From: Veterinaerplatzvirus T145P1
Sequence record: OZ035767.1
Reading direction: 5' to 3' (one strand)
Length of the DNA stretch: 44,816 bases
The position numbers were made by a program, and so were the translations under genes. Under the pieces are notes generated by a model. That model saw only the letters and a list, made by a program, of their open reading frames with translations. It ran no database searches and was not told the DNA's origin. Shown here piece by piece: positions 19,306-28,085 of this stretch; the first letter of the stretch is position 1; each line of letters opens with the position of its first letter.

Positions 19306-20274
19306 GTAGAAGTTTGGGATAAATGGAAGTGCCATTGATATGTTCGTGTCGAAAGGAAACTGAGCGCCTGTCTGAGTTGAGTAGTTACCTATTACAGATC
19401 CAGGAACAGCCCTAACGGAGCCTCCAGACATGCAAACACCCTTGTATCGTAAGTTGTTATACCCTCCGGTAACTCTAGTCGTAGCGCCGCACCTAAGCAG
19501 CGGGAAGAAACCACCATTTATTGACTGATATCCATTGCTTATTTGTATAAATCCACCAAGAACGAATGGGCGGCGAACACTTGAAAAAACAATCTGACCA
19601 GAACTATTTGACATTGTGAGTCCAGGCCCGGCCGGTGGTGGTTCATTCCTGAATATCACCAGCTGAACATGGGTACTTGCCGCAACATCATCTGTACCTC
19701 CGTAGGTTATATCCCTACACCATATTGTTGATCCATCTGATTCAAGTGATACGTTTGGATTATCCCACTTGCCGAATGGTATTCCGCTAACTGGTAGCGA
19801 TGCTGCACCGTTAACCTGTATGCCCCCAACCCAGGCCGCAGACATTAGCCGCGAGTTGCTTGATATAGCAAGGAAATCAGTTGAGTTCTCAACAAGTATT
19901 CCAGGACTTGATGAGGATGAAGCCGGTAGTATCTCAAAGCAATTACCAGCAAAGTCAATTATTCGACCATTAGCACCATTGAAGTTGCTGAGAGTTATCC
20001 TGCCAGTTCCGTCATTTACCTTTTGAAACCCGTTCATGTAATAAACTTCGGGTATAACATCGTAAGCGTCAACGTGGACTGCCTTCGTTGGTAGGCAGAA
20101 AGCCGTAGAGCCAGGAGACATTGTCAATCCAAAATCCCACGAGATTGCCGGGGTTGAAAGTCCATTGGTATTTATTGATCCAGTCACAGCAGGTGCCCTT
20201 AATCCTGCCGTGATTTCCATCGCTGGTCTTCCGTCATTGAGGTCAATCAATATACCCTGCGGCATTATTTCCAC
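19303..20274 (-). CDS. tail-associated protein, candidate receptor-binding protein
   Basis: 323 aa Gly/Ser/Asn-rich, convergent to J, co-transcribed with a small lipoprotein; function inferred from context. Confidence 0.45.
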   Translation of the reverse strand: MEIMPQGILIDLNDGRPAMEITAGLRAPAVTGSINTNGLSTPAISWDFGLTMSPGSTAFCLPTKAVHVDAYDVIPEVYYMNGFQKVNDGTGRITLSNFNGANGRIIDFAGNCFEILPASSSSSPGILVENSTDFLAISSNSRLMSAAWVGGIQVNGAASLPVSGIPFGKWDNPNVSLESDGSTIWCRDITYGGTDDVAASTHVQLVIFRNEPPPAGPGLTMSNSSGQIVFSSVRRPFVLGGFIQISNGYQSINGGFFPLLRCGATTRVTGGYNNLRYKGVCMSGGSVRAVPGSVIGNYSTQTGAQFPFDTNISMALPFIPNFY

Positions 20275-20510
20275 TCCTTACTGCCGTGATCTGCAACAGA
20301 ACCGCCGTAACCGCCGCCAGATTTGCTTTCAATGCCAGCGTAGCGAATATCAACCTCACCAGCCGGAACAACTACACCGCCTTTCCACTTAGCTACGCAC
20401 ACGCCGTTTGCTTGTGTTGCACACCACCCATCAGGTCGAGGACCAGAAGAACAACCTACTGTCATGATTACTGCCGCCGAGATGATTGCTGATTTGATGA
20501 AGTTAGTCAT
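20265..20510 (-). CDS. small outer-membrane lipoprotein, Cor/Llp-like superinfection exclusion candidate
   Basis: Start moved to ATG 20510 (RBS AAGGAA); signal peptide with lipobox-like TVGC; about 81 aa. Confidence 0.5.
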   Translation of the reverse strand: MTNFIKSAIISAAVIMTVGCSSGPRPDGWCATQANGVCVAKWKGGVVVPAGEVDIRYAGIESKSGGGYGGSVADHGSKEWK

Positions 20511-20546
20511 TTTGTATTCCTTATTAAGTTGTTTCGTTTCGATGTA

Positions 20547-20594
20547 GTAATAATACAACCGTCAGTGCGGAATGTCTTTAGCTATTCGTGCTAT
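20547..20594 (-). promoter_or_regulatory. conserved palindrome-promoter element, copy 3 (minus strand)
   Basis: Reverse complement reads ATAGCACGAATAGCTAAA ... TATTATTAC ... CATCGAAACGAAAC upstream of the lipoprotein gene. Confidence 0.5.
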
Positions 20595-20692
20595 TGCATA
20601 CACGTAACCGATGTAACTAGATGTATACAATCTCATCCGCGGAAAATGATATACGCACTGTTACGCAAATTTACGCATTGGTTACATTAAAA

Positions 20693-20750
20693 TATCTATA
20701 TATATCAACCTTTTACTCTTATTATTATTATTATATATATTACTGTGTAT
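20693..20750. repeat. AT-rich repeat copy A with (TTA)n microsatellite
   Basis: ATCTATATATATCAACCTTTTACT-(TTA)n-TATATAT..ACTGTGTATA; near-identical to 39261-39326. Confidence 0.8.
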
Positions 20751-20852
20751 ATCATGTAACTACTTCTATAGAGTGTTCCGGTTATAATTTTAATATCATG
20801 TGGATTTATACAGTATTGCGCTGCAGCTATACCAATGCACCCTCAGCAATAA

Positions 20853-21251
20853 ATGATATACACGATATACACGATGGTTACATTGAGCTATAGCTGGGCC
20901 GAGATGCTAAAAAACGTAACTAGTGCCAATGCCTACACGGAATTACAAGGATTCACACGTAAACTTAAATCAACGATTGGCAAAACCAATTGGACTGGTT
21001 ACGGTGCCGAATATATAGTTAACTCATCGAAAGCAAACAACCAGAGAGATACAGAAATGACCTACTACATTATCAAAGAGAAAAACAACGCACTGTTCGG
21101 TGATTGCTACTTTGGCGGCCCTGCTGGATATACCACAGATAAGAAAGAGGCTGACAGATTCGAGACTAAAGAAGAAGCCCGAGATGTGCTGACTGGTTAC
21201 TTCACTGAAGAAGATTTGAAGTCTGTTAAAGTGGTTAAGGTTAAGGAATAA
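20853..21251 (+). CDS. hypothetical protein (start uncertain; may be 21057)
   Basis: ORF emerges from the AT-rich repeat region; best RBS (GAGAGA) precedes internal ATG at 21057. Confidence 0.35.
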   Translation: MIYTIYTMVTLSYSWAEMLKNVTSANAYTELQGFTRKLKSTIGKTNWTGYGAEYIVNSSKANNQRDTEMTYYIIKEKNNALFGDCYFGGPAGYTTDKKEADRFETKEEARDVLTGYFTEEDLKSVKVVKVKE

Positions 21252-21254
21252 AAT

Positions 21255-21452
21255 ATGAAGGCTTTTATAGACATAAATAAGTCACCATACAACGACGAGA
21301 AAGATCCCGAGGTAAGATTAAGGGTAAAATTTAGCACAGGAAGGGAGATAAATATAACAACTACCTGTTCTGATTTAGCGAAAGCACTTATGGGGTGTAG
21401 TGAAGTTCCTGTTACTGTTTCAACGAGAAATGTTGAGGTGAAAATAAAATGA
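21255..21452 (+). CDS. hypothetical protein
   Basis: 65 aa, RBS AAGGAA, ATGA-coupled to the downstream gene. Confidence 0.5.
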   Translation: MKAFIDINKSPYNDEKDPEVRLRVKFSTGREINITTTCSDLAKALMGCSEVPVTVSTRNVEVKIK

Positions 21453-22414
21453 CTTTCAGGGTTTACACACGAGAGGAGCTAAGCAACGAGGATTACCACT
21501 CAGAGCAAGATCACATCTCAGGTAGTTCACTTGTCGAGATTATCCAGGGCTCACCAGCTAAGTGGAAATTTAAACAGCGCAACAATGATAGCAAGGCTCT
21601 TAAGTTTGGAACGCTGAGTCACACGTACATCCTAGAAGGTGACATGTTTGACAAAGAATACCTTCGAGCTACAGACCTTGACGCGATTGAAGGCTTAATT
21701 ACAAGCCAGGCAGGATTAGCAGCAGCACTTAAAAAAGTCGGTGTGGCTGGAACATCAGGGAAGGGCTATAGCGAGCTTGTAGAGATGATGTATCGTTCTG
21801 GCGAGGACTGGCCCATTAAGTGGCTAATTGATCAGCTGGAAAGCGCTCAAGCGCTTGTGGAGGGTAAGGAGCTAGTTAGCGCAGCAGACTATGACAAAGT
21901 TGTGGCTATGCGTGAGGTTCTTTGCAATATTCCGGCATACAATGCAATCGTGAATAGTGAGACGGCGCAGAAAGAGTTATCAATCTTCGGTGAGATTCTC
22001 GGCGTCGGCGTTAAGATTCGAATTGACCATGTTGATGTTGTTGATGGCGTTGTTCGGATCACGGATTATAAAACGACAGCCGACGCAAGCCCTGAAGGAT
22101 TTGGTAAGTCTGCATTTAATCACGGATACCTTGCAAAAATGGCGCTTCAGCGCGATCTGTTTGTGAAAGCATTTAACGAGAAGCGCAAGGTTGTTGTAGG
22201 ATTGCTGGCGCAGGAGAAGGTGGAGCCATACCTACCAATGCTGTACACACTAACCGACGAACAGCTACGAATTGGTCGCCTTCAGTATCTTGAGGCACTT
22301 GCAACTTACAAGAAGTGCAAGGAGCTTGATATTTGGCCTGGATATTCTAACGGCATTACAGAGCAAGAGCTATTGGTTCCTGATTGGGCCATTAAACAAT
22401 ATAGAGAGATATAA
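21449..22414 (+). CDS. putative PD-(D/E)XK-family recombination exonuclease
   Basis: 321 aa with D...DYK motif (ITDYKTT); sits next to ERF and SSB genes. Confidence 0.5.
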   Translation: MTFRVYTREELSNEDYHSEQDHISGSSLVEIIQGSPAKWKFKQRNNDSKALKFGTLSHTYILEGDMFDKEYLRATDLDAIEGLITSQAGLAAALKKVGVAGTSGKGYSELVEMMYRSGEDWPIKWLIDQLESAQALVEGKELVSAADYDKVVAMREVLCNIPAYNAIVNSETAQKELSIFGEILGVGVKIRIDHVDVVDGVVRITDYKTTADASPEGFGKSAFNHGYLAKMALQRDLFVKAFNEKRKVVVGLLAQEKVEPYLPMLYTLTDEQLRIGRLQYLEALATYKKCKELDIWPGYSNGITEQELLVPDWAIKQYREI

Positions 22415-22415
22415 A

Positions 22416-22880
22416 ATGAACAAAGATTGCTGGCAGACTCCTTTAGACTTATTCAAACCGATAGATGATAAATACAAATTCAAGGTTGACGTGTGCGCAA
22501 GCCAAGAAAACGCGCTTTGTAAATATTACTGGACTGTAGATGATGACTGCTTGCAACAGGATTGGGGAGATGATGGTGGTTTCGTTTGGTGCAATCCACC
22601 ATATAGCAATCCATTACCATTTGTTGAAAAGTGCCAGCAATACGGCTATGCGGTCATGCTATTGAATCAGGATACGTCAACAAAATGGGCTAAGATAGTC
22701 TTTGAAAAAGCATCAAAGGTTATACTTTTATCAGACAGGGTTAGGTTTATAAATCCAGTAACAATGGAGGTTGGTAAGTCAAATCCTAAATGCCAGATGA
22801 TTGTAGTTTTCGACAGGCGTAGCAATTCTGGAGTTGATATACGTTGGTGTTCAATAAAAGAAATTCATAAGCAAATTTAA
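22416..22880 (+). CDS. dam: DNA N6-adenine methyltransferase (phage Dam-type)
   Basis: Start ATG 22416 with RBS; NPPY catalytic motif (WCNPPYSN); small phage Dam architecture. Confidence 0.8.
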   Translation: MNKDCWQTPLDLFKPIDDKYKFKVDVCASQENALCKYYWTVDDDCLQQDWGDDGGFVWCNPPYSNPLPFVEKCQQYGYAVMLLNQDTSTKWAKIVFEKASKVILLSDRVRFINPVTMEVGKSNPKCQMIVVFDRRSNSGVDIRWCSIKEIHKQI

Positions 22881-22925
22881 ATAGCATGAATTGCTAAAGA
22901 CAAAACTAAAGGGTGTGGGTATGAT
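22881..22925 (+). promoter_or_regulatory. conserved palindrome-promoter element, copy 4
   Basis: ATAGCATGAATTGCTAAA - about 23 nt - TATGATTA; starts right at the methyltransferase stop. Confidence 0.5.
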
Positions 22926-22954
22926 TACCCAATCAACAACGAACGAGGTTAAAG

Positions 22955-23605
22955 ATGAAAATTTCAGAATCATGCAAGTCAATTTTAAACGCTCTACACA
23001 CCGCCAAATCGCTATTTGCGAAGGCTGAAAAATCAAAACAGAACTCACACCTCAAGAACAGATACAGCACCCTTGATGATGTTCTTGCCGCTGTAGAACC
23101 AGGCCTTGAAGAATGTGGTCTTGTAATGTTTCAGAGCGTAATTGATAGCGAAGCTACTGGACTGCTGAAGGTTGAAACGAAGTTGTTCCATGCAGAGTCA
23201 GGCGAGTGGGTTAGCTTCTTAATGATTGTCCCTATCAGCAAGAATGATGCTCAAGGTTACGGATCTGCGCTTACATATGCTCGACGCTACGGAATTACAG
23301 CAGCTTTAGGTCTTAGTCAGGCAGATGACGATGGTAATCTCGCAGCTAAAGGCGTTAAAGACTTTAAACGTGAGCTTGAGAAGTGTAATAGTCTTGATGA
23401 GCTACGTAACGTATGGAAAGAGGCTAAGCAATCACTAGACGCTGCGGGATGGAAGGTTTTTGAACCTCACATTATCGAGCGCAAGGCAGAGATTGAAGCA
23501 AATGCAGCAACTGGCTTTAACCCTGCAACACCAAAGAAAGTTGCAGAAAAAAGTAGTACTGAAGAAAAGACTGAAGTAGAATCACAACAAATCGACACAT
23601 TCTAA
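22955..23605 (+). CDS. ERF-like single-strand annealing protein
   Basis: 216 aa with GSALTYARRYG-type signature; adjacent to SSB. Confidence 0.6.
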   Translation: MKISESCKSILNALHTAKSLFAKAEKSKQNSHLKNRYSTLDDVLAAVEPGLEECGLVMFQSVIDSEATGLLKVETKLFHAESGEWVSFLMIVPISKNDAQGYGSALTYARRYGITAALGLSQADDDGNLAAKGVKDFKRELEKCNSLDELRNVWKEAKQSLDAAGWKVFEPHIIERKAEIEANAATGFNPATPKKVAEKSSTEEKTEVESQQIDTF

Positions 23606-23646
23606 ATTTAACGGGGCTGCGGCCCCAACCAATAGAGAGATAAAAC

Positions 23647-24072
23647 ATGCACGTAATTACTGGTCAGATTCGACGCGCTCCATTCACTAAAGAAGGTCAT
23701 AATGCTAATGGTACCTGGAAAATGTTTGCGGTTGATTTGAGTGAGCGATACAAAGATAAAGATGGTCAGACTCAGTATAGTAACTATCGCGCAGTCTTCT
23801 TCGCGAAAGAGTCAATGTTAGATTGGTATAATGAAGCTTTTCAAGAGGGTAAAGTTGTTAGCGTTAGCGCAGAGACTCTTTCTGTTGATGTTAGAGATAA
23901 AGATGGCAAGACTTACGTTACTGTCAACATGAACAATCCTAGACTTGAGTTTAGTCAGCGCGGTGAAGGTGGCGTGCAGCAGCAACCTAGACAACAGCAA
24001 CAAGCACAACAGCAACAACAGAATCAACAGCCAAAACAGCAAAAGCAATTCGAAGATGATATTCCTTTCTAA
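23647..24072 (+). CDS. ssb: single-stranded DNA-binding protein
   Basis: OB-fold-like N-terminus, Gln/Pro-rich linker, acidic C-terminal tail ending DDIPF. Confidence 0.85.
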   Translation: MHVITGQIRRAPFTKEGHNANGTWKMFAVDLSERYKDKDGQTQYSNYRAVFFAKESMLDWYNEAFQEGKVVSVSAETLSVDVRDKDGKTYVTVNMNNPRLEFSQRGEGGVQQQPRQQQQAQQQQQNQQPKQQKQFEDDIPF

Positions 24073-24076
24073 AGAT

Positions 24077-24101
24077 AAGGCCCCTTTTGGGGCCTTTTTT
24101 A
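24077..24101. terminator. bidirectional terminator between ssb and convergent tail fibre gene
   Basis: AAGGCCCC-TTTT-GGGGCCTT hairpin with flanking T-run. Confidence 0.7.
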
Positions 24102-26435
24102 TTAACCTATTTTAGTGTAAGTCCATTGGTATGTTGCAGCTCCCTGGGCAGTTATCCCGACAGTTCTTCCACTTACATCCATTGAAGTGAAAGCGCCAGT
24201 TTTTGTAATTGTTATTGATGATGTGGAACCATCAAAAAGTACGTCAGCAATTACACTATAGTTAGGTCCAGCACCAGTAACCCAGGTCGAAACCTTGTAT
24301 AAACCAGCGTTGTTTGGCAACTCAAAAAGACCAGTTGAAACATTCGCCTGAACAGCCATCGCGCCCTTTCCGGTGTACACACCGTCAGTTTTAAGACCTA
24401 ATGATGAATATGTTTGCTTATAGCCACCAATGATGGCACCACCCATAGGTTCAGTAAACCAGTTCACATTACCCTGACTAACAACAGATATCGCTGGAGA
24501 CCCCCCTTTAGCTGACTGAAACCTACCGCTTAAAATGTCAATTCTAGATGCTGAGTCCTGGGCGTAGATAGTTACAGGATACCCACCAGAACCAGTGTAA
24601 ACCAAGCCGTTATCATTAATGTCATCTTCAGACGAGTCAATGATTACATGGGAAGTTCCAGACGCCTTGATGAACGAAACAACACCGCTAGAACCAGCAC
24701 CTGTTGTTCTAACTTCATTCTTCCATGATGTTAGGCCTGAAATTCTGCCATTTGAGTTATTAAACCTAATCAGGCAACAATCTTGCGATCCGTTGGTGTC
24801 AATAATGTTACCTTCAACGTCCATCCCTAGTATGTTTACGCTATGGCTGTTGATGAAGTTAATCCCAGCACCACCGTAAGAACCAGATGTTGATGATATA
24901 TTACTGGCATCCATTGCGCAGTTAATCATTGTAACGCTCATTACCGAACCAAATTCATAAGGTGAAATGCAATCTGATGCGTAACAAGTCTCAAGCAATA
25001 TTGTCGTTCCTGTCGCCTTTATGAATCCAGCCCTGCAATTCCTGGCCCAAACATTCTGTAGCTTAGTCTGGTATGTTCCAGTGGTGTCCGTGTAGCAACC
25101 CCATGCTCCATGGACTGTGCAATCTTTGATACATGAATTTTCTAGCCCTGTTGCAGAACCAACATTAGAAACGAAGTTAAATGCTATCTTTTGATCATTC
25201 CCTGATGCTGAGGTAGGTGTAGTGCCTGGGTTATAAAAAATGTAAAGTCCCTCAATAAACACTTGATACATTCTTATGTTTTGCGCATCACCCTGAACCA
25301 GGGCGAATAGGTTTATGTTCCCATCAACTGAGATAAATGTTTGCGCCCTGTTAATTTGGTTTGTTCCCTCGCCAATAATTCTTGTACTGTTGCCAATCCT
25401 CACCGTCCTGTTAATGAACATAAAACCTTTTGGTATGTATACAGTTTTACCGGTATCAACTGCCGCCTGAAGCGCAACTGCGTCAAGCGACTCGTTAAGG
25501 TTTGATGCAAATGGATAAACAAACCGTGCATCCTCAATTGACGAGAATTTAGATGATAGCGGAACTAAAGTACCATTGTTTGTGGCGCCGAAATCCATAA
25601 CGTTAACAAAATCACTAAGTTTTGATTCCACGCTTCTAACCACTGATGATACATTATTCAGCTTGAAGTTTATCATTGATGAGCCATTATCATTCTCAAG
25701 ATTTTTGAGGACCCTTCCGTTTGAAAGAAGCCTCCAGCCAGTCTCATCATCTATACCCCCCGTTCCTTCTGGGGTTGATCCTTGCGGTACAACCTTAGGG
25801 AATGCTCCAGACCACACATAAACAGAAGAGTTCTCAATGTCTATGATTTGCTGAGAATCACCCTGAAGAGTAACGCCACCTTGAAAGCTACCAACTAAAG
25901 CTCCTGAAACTGATGCTGCCGCACTCTGAGCAGTGCTTGCAGAGTTGCTTGCAGACAATGCGGAACTAGAAGCAGAATCCTTGTCACTCGCAACCTGGGC
26001 GGCATCATTTGAAACCTGCGCACCAATTGAAATTACTTCACCATACTGCGTGTTAACCTGCGAAACCTTTGTGCTAAAGTCATTTGCATCAAAGTTTTTG
26101 AAAGCATCAACAGCATCTGAAACCTCAGTTTCACGTGACTGATAGTAACGGAGAGTCTCCGCAACATCCTGAGCCAGCCCCTGAACGGTAATTCCATCAT
26201 GCGCAAGGATAGCGTAACCAGTTCCAGCAGGAACAGTTTCGGAGTTAGGGTTGTAAACATTAATCTGCGTATCGCTGATAATTTCTGAGATGGTGTAAAT
26301 CTGTACTGGTTCAGTTTTAAATACAATGGTTGCACCTACACGAATCAGTGTAAGAGGTGCTTTCCATGTTGTCCCGACGCCAGTCACCTCACCACTTGCT
26401 GCTAGAGAAGCTGTTCCTGAGTCATAAATTGCCAT
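24102..26435 (-). CDS. tail fibre / tailspike with beta-helix-like C-terminal domain
   Basis: Start moved to ATG 26435 (MAIYD...); N-terminal fibre-anchor-like region, Ser/Ala-rich repeats, C-terminal Gly/Asn/Thr/Cys-rich region typical of parallel beta-helix. Confidence 0.7.
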   Translation of the reverse strand: MAIYDSGTASLAASGEVTGVGTTWKAPLTLIRVGATIVFKTEPVQIYTISEIISDTQINVYNPNSETVPAGTGYAILAHDGITVQGLAQDVAETLRYYQSRETEVSDAVDAFKNFDANDFSTKVSQVNTQYGEVISIGAQVSNDAAQVASDKDSASSSALSASNSASTAQSAAASVSGALVGSFQGGVTLQGDSQQIIDIENSSVYVWSGAFPKVVPQGSTPEGTGGIDDETGWRLLSNGRVLKNLENDNGSSMINFKLNNVSSVVRSVESKLSDFVNVMDFGATNNGTLVPLSSKFSSIEDARFVYPFASNLNESLDAVALQAAVDTGKTVYIPKGFMFINRTVRIGNSTRIIGEGTNQINRAQTFISVDGNINLFALVQGDAQNIRMYQVFIEGLYIFYNPGTTPTSASGNDQKIAFNFVSNVGSATGLENSCIKDCTVHGAWGCYTDTTGTYQTKLQNVWARNCRAGFIKATGTTILLETCYASDCISPYEFGSVMSVTMINCAMDASNISSTSGSYGGAGINFINSHSVNILGMDVEGNIIDTNGSQDCCLIRFNNSNGRISGLTSWKNEVRTTGAGSSGVVSFIKASGTSHVIIDSSEDDINDNGLVYTGSGGYPVTIYAQDSASRIDILSGRFQSAKGGSPAISVVSQGNVNWFTEPMGGAIIGGYKQTYSSLGLKTDGVYTGKGAMAVQANVSTGLFELPNNAGLYKVSTWVTGAGPNYSVIADVLFDGSTSSITITKTGAFTSMDVSGRTVGITAQGAATYQWTYTKIG

Positions 26436-26458
26436 TGTGTAGAGTCTCCATTTGTAAA

Positions 26459-26476
26459 ATAGCACGAATTGCTAAA
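26459..26476. promoter_or_regulatory. orphan copy of the palindrome (no canonical downstream -10 box)
   Basis: ATAGCACGAATTGCTAAA, 24 nt upstream of the minus-strand tail fibre start codon. Confidence 0.4.
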
Positions 26477-26499
26477 GTGGATTGTAGCATCTTTGAGTC

Positions 26500-26524
26500 A
26501 TAAAAAAACCTCCCGAAGGAGGTT
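26500..26524 (-). terminator. rho-independent terminator of primase transcript (minus strand)
   Basis: AACCTCC-CGAA-GGAGGTT hairpin followed by T-run on the minus strand. Confidence 0.7.
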
Positions 26525-27449
26525 AGTCTAGTAATTCGCTCGCCTTGTATATTCGCTTTCTTATTCCTGATTTGAAGTGGTTATCATTATTTGGCATTAC
26601 AACATCAAGATTGCGATCGTCAGCAACGGCGAGTAAATCAAAATCGCTGCGAGTACAAGCGATGCGTAACTTGTAGTTTCTAAGCGCGTAAGCAACCATT
26701 TCCATGTTGTAACTGGAGTGGCAAACAAGCACACAGCGGTTCCCAGTAGCAATGTGAACGCGATAGCCATCAATGAAATTATCGACCAGATAAGCGTACT
26801 CATCATCCTTAAAGGAACCAATAACAGAAACAGACTGGCGAGAATAATCTTTTGCAGCATAACTAACATCTCCCTCCTCATTGATAAACATTACATTGCA
26901 CATCTCTTCTGATATGCCGTCACTATAAGCCATAAAGCACGGAACTGCGTGGATTAATTCACCTGATTTCGTCCTGCCAACATCAAAACCGAACTCGCTA
27001 TAGATACCCTCGTATGTACTGAGAGGAGTTGATTCTACTCTTTCCGTCCTTTCCATTATCTCTAAGCATCTTTCGTGATCAATCTGAGCGCCCATTTTGT
27101 ATGGTGATGTTCTTGAAGCTCTTTTGTTTGCTTTTGATATAACCTCTACTGGAGCGAGATTCAGCCAATCACCAAGCGTATCTATTGTTTCACTATAACT
27201 CATTCCAGAACACTTCATTACCCAACCAACACCAGAATCATTTCCACACTGGTTGCATATTGCTGCGCCATTTCCCTTTTCTTGACCTAACTCATCAGTG
27301 AAGCGAAACCTATCCTTGCCAAAGCAGTAAGGGCACGGACCATGTTTCTTGCTGAGATTCTCCTTTGTCCATCCAAGATGCGATGAGTAGAACTCACTCC
27401 ACATCCCTTTCATCTTGGCTATCACTTCGTTCTTATCATGGTGACTCAT
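26523..27449 (-). CDS. DNA primase (zinc-binding)
   Basis: Start ATG 27449 with RBS GGAGG; CPYC...CNQCG zinc-ribbon near the N-terminus. Confidence 0.6.
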   Translation of the reverse strand: MSHHDKNEVIAKMKGMWSEFYSSHLGWTKENLSKKHGPCPYCFGKDRFRFTDELGQEKGNGAAICNQCGNDSGVGWVMKCSGMSYSETIDTLGDWLNLAPVEVISKANKRASRTSPYKMGAQIDHERCLEIMERTERVESTPLSTYEGIYSEFGFDVGRTKSGELIHAVPCFMAYSDGISEEMCNVMFINEEGDVSYAAKDYSRQSVSVIGSFKDDEYAYLVDNFIDGYRVHIATGNRCVLVCHSSYNMEMVAYALRNYKLRIACTRSDFDLLAVADDRNLDVVMPNNDNHFKSGIRKRIYKASELLD

Positions 27450-27504
27450 AATTACCTCCATAAACAATAAAGGCACTATACATAATGCAAAGTGCCATTG
27501 TTTA

Positions 27505-27984
27505 TCAAATCGTGCTGTTTTGCTCTTTCTTCTTTTGGTTCTCTAATTTTATCTTGCGCCATGAACGACACTCTGGCTTAGTGGCTAATTCAGCCTCAGT
27601 GACGACTCGCAGCATATGGCGCTTTTTGCACCGAAGTGTCAGCGGTTTCCCGTTGCCGTCGAATTGCAGGTCTGGTCGGCAGAATGTAGCGCGAAAACCT
27701 TCTCCATTTCGCTTATAGTAGTTGTGAGAAAGTTGAGCCCCACGCGCAGAAATCATACCGCGCTTAAACCATTCTTCTACAGCCTGTGGTGTTACCTTTA
27801 ACTGCTTTGCGATATTCGCCTTTGTGCCGAAGAAATCAAGAACTATCTCTAGCCGCGCGCGTAGCCCGGCTCTTACTTCATCTTTTAAAACATAGTAGCC
27901 TGAAGGTCGTTTACGTTGCTTTTTGTCTTCGGTGCGGATGGTTCCGTTATTGCCGTTAATTGTTCGCTTGTCGACTGTATTCAT
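27505..27984 (-). CDS. HTH DNA-binding protein, putative transcriptional regulator
   Basis: 159 aa, basic; HTH-like segment TKANIAKQLKVTPQAVEEWF; divergent from helicase promoter element. Confidence 0.5.
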   Translation of the reverse strand: MNTVDKRTINGNNGTIRTEDKKQRKRPSGYYVLKDEVRAGLRARLEIVLDFFGTKANIAKQLKVTPQAVEEWFKRGMISARGAQLSHNYYKRNGEGFRATFCRPDLQFDGNGKPLTLRCKKRHMLRVVTEAELATKPECRSWRKIKLENQKKKEQNSTI

Positions 27985-27996
27985 TTCATTACCTCA

Positions 27997-28040
27997 ATAG
28001 CATTTTTTGTTAAAAGTCATCCTGATTTGATGGTATTATT
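27997..28040 (+). promoter_or_regulatory. conserved palindrome-promoter element (variant), helicase operon
   Basis: ATAGCATTTTTTGTTAAAA - about 21 nt - GATGGTATTATT; sits between divergent regulator and helicase genes. Confidence 0.5.
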
Positions 28041-28085
28041 GTACTCAATTAAACGCTACAAGACAATTTTTATAGGAATTTAGAT

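Noticed and set aside
20700-20745. Possible CRISPR array or other spaced repeats
   Set aside because: The repeats are simple TTA triplets and AT dinucleotide runs, not 25-40 bp direct repeats separated by unique spacers; no cas genes are present.
20621-20893. 90-aa track ORF with YYYYY-type repeats
   Set aside because: It lies entirely in the AT-rich repeat/iteron region between divergent promoters; the low-complexity translation comes from TAT/TTA repeats and there is no RBS.
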